A DNA stretch of 64,000 nt from Ranitomeya imitator (taxonomy: Eukaryota), in assembly GCF_032444005.1 (NCBI RefSeq), contig NC_091288.1, forward strand, positions 59,954,001 to 60,018,000, written 5' to 3'. Positions 58,013 to 64,000 of this stretch are shown here, piece by piece. The number at the start of each line of letters is the position of its first letter. Within the stretch, counting starts at the first letter, position 1. The position numbers and the translations under genes were made by a program. Below the pieces are notes generated by a model. The model saw only the letters and a list, made by a program, of their open reading frames with translations. It did no database searches and was not told the DNA's origin.

Positions 58013-58270
58013 AGGGATTGCCCAGCCTTAGGCTTTAATTCTGCAGTCACTTTCTGAACGCACACTATGAGGAGCCTCCAGCAGCGAGTGCATGACTACA
58101 AGTATGCAATTTGCATGCATGCGGTCACGTGCCAACTAGACGTGCACAGCCTCGCTCAATACAGTTGTATGGAGTGAAGCCAGACACGTCTAGTTGGAAT
58201 GTGTCCAGAAGAATGCAAATCACATACTTGTGGTCACGTTACCTCCCACCGAGGCAGGGACCGGATAACC
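58013..58270. mobile_element. Kolobok/T2-type MITE with central palindrome
   Basis: TTAA|AGGGATTG... Palindrome CCAACTAGACGTG...CACGTCTAGTTGG at 58132-58197. Confidence 0.6.
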
Positions 58271-61200
58271 TGGTGCCGATAATAATTTTTAAACTGGCTA
58301 AAAAAGATTTGAACTGATGAACGAGCGTTTTACCAGTTCATTGGGTGATTTCCAACCTGTTTAGATGGGCAATAGCGTAAAGACACAATTCCACCATTAC
58401 TGGATAATATAAATGGGCCATAAATCTTACCCCCCCATCCTATACACACATTCCATGTAATACATACAAAGGATCAAAACCTGATATGTGAACAGAGCCT
58501 GACGATTGCAAACATATATATTGCGTATATGTGGACTGTAAAGTGTAGGATAAAAGAAATTGGCATGTTCCATTTCATCTTGCTCCCATCGCCACATTGA
58601 GATGTTATGTTCTCATGTATAAATAGTTTCATCAGTGAGTGTCATCTGTTTTTCATGGATGAGACAACTTTTAGTTTTTTTAACCTTCTCCTATTTAGCA
58701 GCCCCTAACAGTGTTCGGATGGCATTAGTCTGCTGTCTGTGACTACCATTGTATGGTTGGGTTCACACCAGCATAGAAATAAAATCATTCAGAGTTTCAT
58801 CCAGAAAACAGGGGCGATTTTTTTTTTTTTTTTTTTTTTTTTTGTATTTTTTTTTTTATATATATATTTTTTATTTTTTCTCTTTATCTGTATTCAATCC
58901 GTTTTTTTCACAGCAGCTATTAATAATTCACAAGACCATTTGCAGTTTCCTAAATTACGGAATTGCAACTTATCCGAAAAAAAAAAACCAGATGCTGTAC
59001 TGAGGCTCCGTATGGCGTTTTTTTTTTTTTGCTCACCCAGAGACTCCAATGGGCGAGTTTCATCCGATTTACTAAAGAAACTAGTGCACTCTTCCATTAT
59101 TTATTTTTATTTTTTTTGCATTTCTCATGCAGATTCGGTCAGTAAAAAATGCCTCATCTGCCCTGCCCCCTTGAATAACATTAGTCCATTTTTTTTCACA
59201 GTCAGCACTCCAGACCAAAAATAGTCGTGTGAACGACGCTTGATGGGTAGAAGTTTTTTAACATCATTTTGTTTGCATACGAGTAATCACTAAAGAAATA
59301 CCGATGGCAAAATTGACACATTGACCAAACGCTGAAGAAAATCGGCTGTTTTTGATAAAAATCGCTGCTGTCTGAGTGCGGCCGTAGTCCCAGCAGCTGG
59401 ATAAATGTCAGGCGGACAGCTGATATAACTGGTCCCAGTAGAGGTAGAACAGGTACTGCCTTTGTCCGCATAAAGTGACATTTCATGCACCATTAGTAGT
59501 GTTGTCTGTGCTCAGACGAGGTAATGTCGTTAGACCAATCACCTAAAATGTGAGCACAGATGGTGTGATGAATAGATGGCTGACTCAGCGTAAATAAGTG
59601 CATTCATAAACATATTATTGTATCCACCGCCGGTGGAAGAGGATGATCTAAGGTTGGCGGCACGGTTGCATGCTGTGCACCATTGTTTGTATGTGTTTTG
59701 TGTATACAGCCGCTATCCTGTATTTTTATAGATGGGGTATAGCGCAGAGCAGCACATATACGTGTCCAGTGTGTAATTACAGCAGATCTTGTTTTACTGT
59801 AACCTGGTGATTACAAGATATTAATGTATTTGTAGCGGGACGAGCCGGCCGTTCCAGACTTGAATGATGGCTGTCTATTCTTATCATTGAGAAGTAATGT
59901 ATCACTGAGGGTTCTTGAGGGTTTTGTCATATTAGTTATGTATTTTTATTATTGAGCCCCTCTTCTTGTCACTATCTTATGTATTGTACATGTAGCCTGG
60001 CGGTCGGGGATGCGTTTGTGGCACCTCCAGATTAGTTATGTTTTACTGGCCGTTGTATCCATAAAAGAGGAGACGCTCACTTCCTATAGTACCGGGACAG
60101 AAGTATTATCTCCTGAGGCCTCATTCAGACCCCAATTTTACCTTGTATGTAAAAATAAATAATTTAGCAATTTTCATCTGTGTATGGTGTGCGTGCCTGT
60201 TTTTGCCATACGTTTGTCATCAAATTTTTTTTTTTACCTATGGAAAATATGAAATTGTTAAAATATTCTAAATTAAATCCGACCAGCACAATGAAGCCGT
60301 CGGAACATTTTTTTTTCTCGGGCCTAGAAGCTTGCATTAGGTCAACTTTGGACAATTGGTCATGCCTCTGTTTTTAGTGCCTCTCAGTTCGCAACAAAAG
60401 ACGGACATTCGCAACAAGACGGACATGTGAACAGTCCCATGGGTTATAATAATGGGTGAATGAGGCTTAAAGTTGTTGGCCCCTACTTCTCTTTATTGAT
60501 GGCCTATCCAAAGGATCCATGGGGGTGCAACACTCGGCACAGGCGTCCATCAGCTCTTGATGAAAGTTCTCAGATGCCGCTGGAACATAGCAGCTCCATC
60601 AAAACTTTAGTGGCCACTGCCGGGTAGTTCACATACACCCCCTTACCCATAAATATCAAGTTATATCCTATCCATTGGATATTGACTAACGTGCTTTTCA
60701 CTAGGGGTCTTAATTTAGGGAACCCAATGATCCTGAGATTACGGCTTTGGAACCCTAAGAATGGTGCTCCACAACTCCATTCTGATGTGCGCATGCAAGG
60801 TCTCTGCTCCAATCGTTTTCTATGGGACTGCCCAGTACTGCACTCTTTTCTCTCTGTCCCATGGACAATGAACGGAGCAGAAGCCGTACATGATCATCTC
60901 TGCTCCATTCAGAAAGGGGCTTCAATGCCCCACTCTTTTGGCTCCAGAACAATGATAACAGGCTTTCTGGGAGTTTGAACCTCCAAGAATCTGCACGTTA
61001 TCCCGTATTCCCCTAGTTCTGATCTTGTTCTTATTCTGCAGCACAGTGTGCCTATGGCGGTAGAGTAATGACATTGCAGAGACCAAGTGCGCAAGGGTTG
61101 CCAACAGTCCAGAAATTCCAGGACCGTCTGTAACAATAGGGCAGTTTTTTTTTTGCTCTGTCTGTAAAAAGTTTTTTAAGATTTTTTTTTTTAAGTTGAA

Positions 61201-61284
61201 GAAACTTATACAGATTATTTCCCCATTTTACAAGTTATAGCGAATGAGGATAATGTCTTCATATCATAATTATGACCTGTAGAC

Positions 61285-61572
61285 TAGTGATGAGCGAGTA
61301 TACTCGTTACTTGAGTTTTCCGAGCATGCTCGGGTGGTCTCCGAGTATTTGGATGTGCTCGGAGATTATGTTTGAGTCCCCGCAGCTGCTAGACAGCCTG
61401 AATACATGACGGGATTCCCTAACAAACAGGCAATCCCTGCATGTGTTCAGGTTGTCTAACAGCCGCAAATCATGGAGCTGTAGGGACACAAACAGTCTAC
61501 TATCCAAGATATTCGGAGAACACCTGGGCATGCTCAGAAAACTCGAGTAACGATCACACTCGCTAATCACTA
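61285..61572. mobile_element. hAT-like MITE (288 bp)
   Basis: CTGTAGAC|TAGTGATGAGCG ... CGCTAATCACTA|CTGTAGAC: perfect 8-bp target duplication. Confidence 0.9.
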
Positions 61573-63233
61573 CTGTAGACATGTCACTGATGATCATAAC
61601 TAGTTATTATGCTTTCCCAATGTGTACATAATTTTTTTGGACCAATTTTCAAGAAAAAAATAAAAAATCAAGTTGGCAACTTTGAAGTGCGCCGCCACTT
61701 AGCCTCCTATACATGGAAGGTACTCCTTGTAATGGTAGCGGTAAAGCACGTAACATTGGATTATCAGATCTTTTCTGTGAGATCGCCAGTGATCTGTTCA
61801 GGCTCCGGGCTCCTTCCCTTTGTGGAATTTAGAGCAGGGTCAGAGTTTCCTATTCTCCATTCCCGATTTCTGCTCGTAGCAGAATAAAACCGAGGGGCGG
61901 AGGAGTGTGATATATAATATGTGACAGCTGAATACCGCACTGAAGACATCCGCGCTGCCAAGCCTTGTAGACTTGGCATGGTGCAGCCCGATAATTACTG
62001 CCACCTGTGTGCCCTGTTTGTGTAGCACATACCATAAAGTCACATTTCTCTTATATAATTGTGTTTATAAAGATGAGCCGGACTGTGTCTTTCTACATGC
62101 TACATGCTGGTTGTGTCCGTTGGCGCTTGCAATCTAGTGGCCACATACGACCGCTGTAGTTATCTGCAGGCAATCTGTAAGGCCATGTTCCCACATGGCA
62201 TAATGCTACGCTTTTTCCATTCCTTTTTGTTTTGTGGTGCGCAGAAAACCTGCATTTAATTGTCTAAGCAAAGTGATTTCTAGAAATCTCATGCCCAAAA
62301 GATGCTGTTGAACTGTGTTTTTTTTAAATGTAGTTTTTTCTTGGATAGTCTGAAAAAAACACATTAAAAGAAAGTTGCGTTTTTAAGTGCAGAATCAACA
62401 TTTTTGTACAAAAAAATGAGAAACGTAAACTATGCTTCAAATATGGATCCAATAAAGAAGGAAATGGATAAAAAAAACACATTATTATTGCGTATTATGG
62501 CATGGTCACCTTGAAAAAATATGCAGGAAAAAAAACACAATGTGAACAAGGTCTAAGCCAGGCTGAGCCAACTAGAGACCGGTACCATCCAAAAAAGTCT
62601 TGGTTCACATTCATACTGTGCTCTATGCTGAGCTCTTACGTTGGTATTTTTGTCTAAATCTTTTAAAAAGGCATTCAGCTGGAAGACTTGATGTTGCCAT
62701 TCTAATAGAATGGGGCAGATGGAGTTACTTTGTACTCATCTAGTCTCCATATTTTTTTTTAGGTGGACAGAACAGCTTGGTAGACAATGCTTTTGTGGCT
62801 GCCTCAAAAAACGTACAGGGCCGGCGTCATGAGGGGGCAGACCGGGCATCTGCCCAGGGCCTCCAAGCACAGAGGGGACCCACTGCTTGTCCCCTCTAGT
62901 CTACCTGCAAAGGAGGATAAAGTGACTCCTTCTGCTGCAGATATCGGCACAGTTTTATAGAAACACCAGAGAAAACACGGAGTATGAGTCCCATTTAACC
63001 AGAGTATAAATACAAATCGTTATTAGTAAGACCATCAAATACAAACCAATATAAATAATAAATCATAGAACGTTACAGACATACAATACTCAGAAAGGAA
63101 CCAGAGGACCGCACTGAAAGGAGTCACTGCAAGGCGGCAGCCCCTATGAATCCCTGTCAGTTATAAAATCATAAAGTGCCAATAGTGCATGTAAGGGTGA
63201 GAGACACCAAGTGAACCAGATGGCTACAAATCT

Positions 63234-63370
63234 ATAATAATAATAATAAATCTTTATTTTTATATAGCGCTAACATATTCCGCAGCGCTTTACAGTTTTG
63301 CACACATTATCATCACTATCCCCGATGGGGCTCACAATCTAGAATCCCTATCAGTATGTCTTTGGAATGT

Positions 63371-63401
<31 letters not shown>

Positions 63402-63499
63402 ACGCAAACACGGAGAGAACATACAAACTCTTTGCAGATGTTGTCCTGGGTGGGATTAGAACCCAGGACCCCAGCGCTGCAAGGCTGCTGTGCTAACCA
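63234..63499 (-). mobile_element. tRNA-derived SINE, slightly 5'-truncated
   Basis: Colinear with 24193-24445; (TAA)n tail. Confidence 0.88.
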
Positions 63500-63607
63500 T
63501 TTAACTCCCATAATGGGATACTAAGCGCCAAGTGCGGCTGCTAACATATTCAATCGGGCTCAATGTCTCTTACCCATGGGACAGGAGCACAGGGGTCACC
63601 GCCGCGG

Positions 63608-63643
63608 CCCCAACGCGCGTTTCGCGTCGGCTTCGTCAGGGGG
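63608..63643 (-). ncRNA. Minimal type I hammerhead-like motif (Penelope type)
   Basis: Minus strand: CCCC-CUGACGA-a-GC cgac GC-GAAAC gcgc GUU-GGGG. Confidence 0.6.
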
Positions 63644-64000
63644 TGTTTCTATATATTGCTGGAGTGTCCTTTATTGAATGCTTATCTTGGTCTTTTTCTT
63701 TTAACACAGTACCACTAGGATGTGTAAAAGACCAAGTACATTGGTGTCCATTGTGGGATGTTTTTATTGTATCAGCACAGTTTTGTCTACTTAGTCTATG
63801 TTCACATGTTGCATTTTTTTTTCAGCTTTTTTTATGCAAATTTTTCATTTCATTTATTTTTTTGCAGTAGCAGCAAAGCGTATGAGATTTCCAAAATCTC
63901 ATGCATACAGCTTTCTTTTTTTTTTTGTCCTCCATATTTTGTGGAAACCATGGTTTTTACAGAATGCAGCATGTCACTTCTTTAGGCATTTTTCACCCAT

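Larger units (their letters stand above)
62956..63653 (-). mobile_element. Probable Penelope-like non-autonomous element, interrupted by a SINE
   Basis: 12-bp terminal inverted repeat TATAGAAACACC / GGTGTTTCTATA, and a CTGACGAAG...CGAAACGCG motif typical of PLE termini. Confidence 0.5.

Overview
Eukaryotic (vertebrate) genomic DNA, most likely an anuran. The species is inferred from the repeat landscape and is not provable from the sequence. Three protein-coding loci are supported: (1) an intact, intronless 669-aa SRPK1-like kinase on the minus strand (19433-21442), a processed retrocopy whose spacer domain carries an 11-aa/33-bp tandem repeat; (2) a complete 8-exon TRUB2 on the plus strand (24837-29013, 321 aa), head-to-head with it; (3) the first coding exon of AGAP1 (48322-48484), followed by an intron that runs off the window. 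The rest is dense in repeats: two decayed full-length Tc1 transposons and a third fragment, many MITEs (Harbinger-, Kolobok/T2-, hAT-, Tc2- and piggyBac-like), solo LTRs, an L2 LINE fragment, tRNA-derived SINEs, a 52-bp minisatellite, and two oppositely oriented arrays of a 71-bp satellite. There is one 133-N gap. Main observations: a 353-bp retrozyme/satellite-2-like monomer with a canonical type I hammerhead ribozyme (12290-12334, minus) inserted in the satellite; a 4.4-kb inversion (7141-11515) reconstructable from three broken elements; the SRPK1 retrogene; a minimal Penelope-type hammerhead (63608-63643); and an orphan TATA/CCAAT/CRE promoter with a CTCF site at about 36.2 kb. Coordinates were counted by hand and may be off by a few bases. 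No searches were run.
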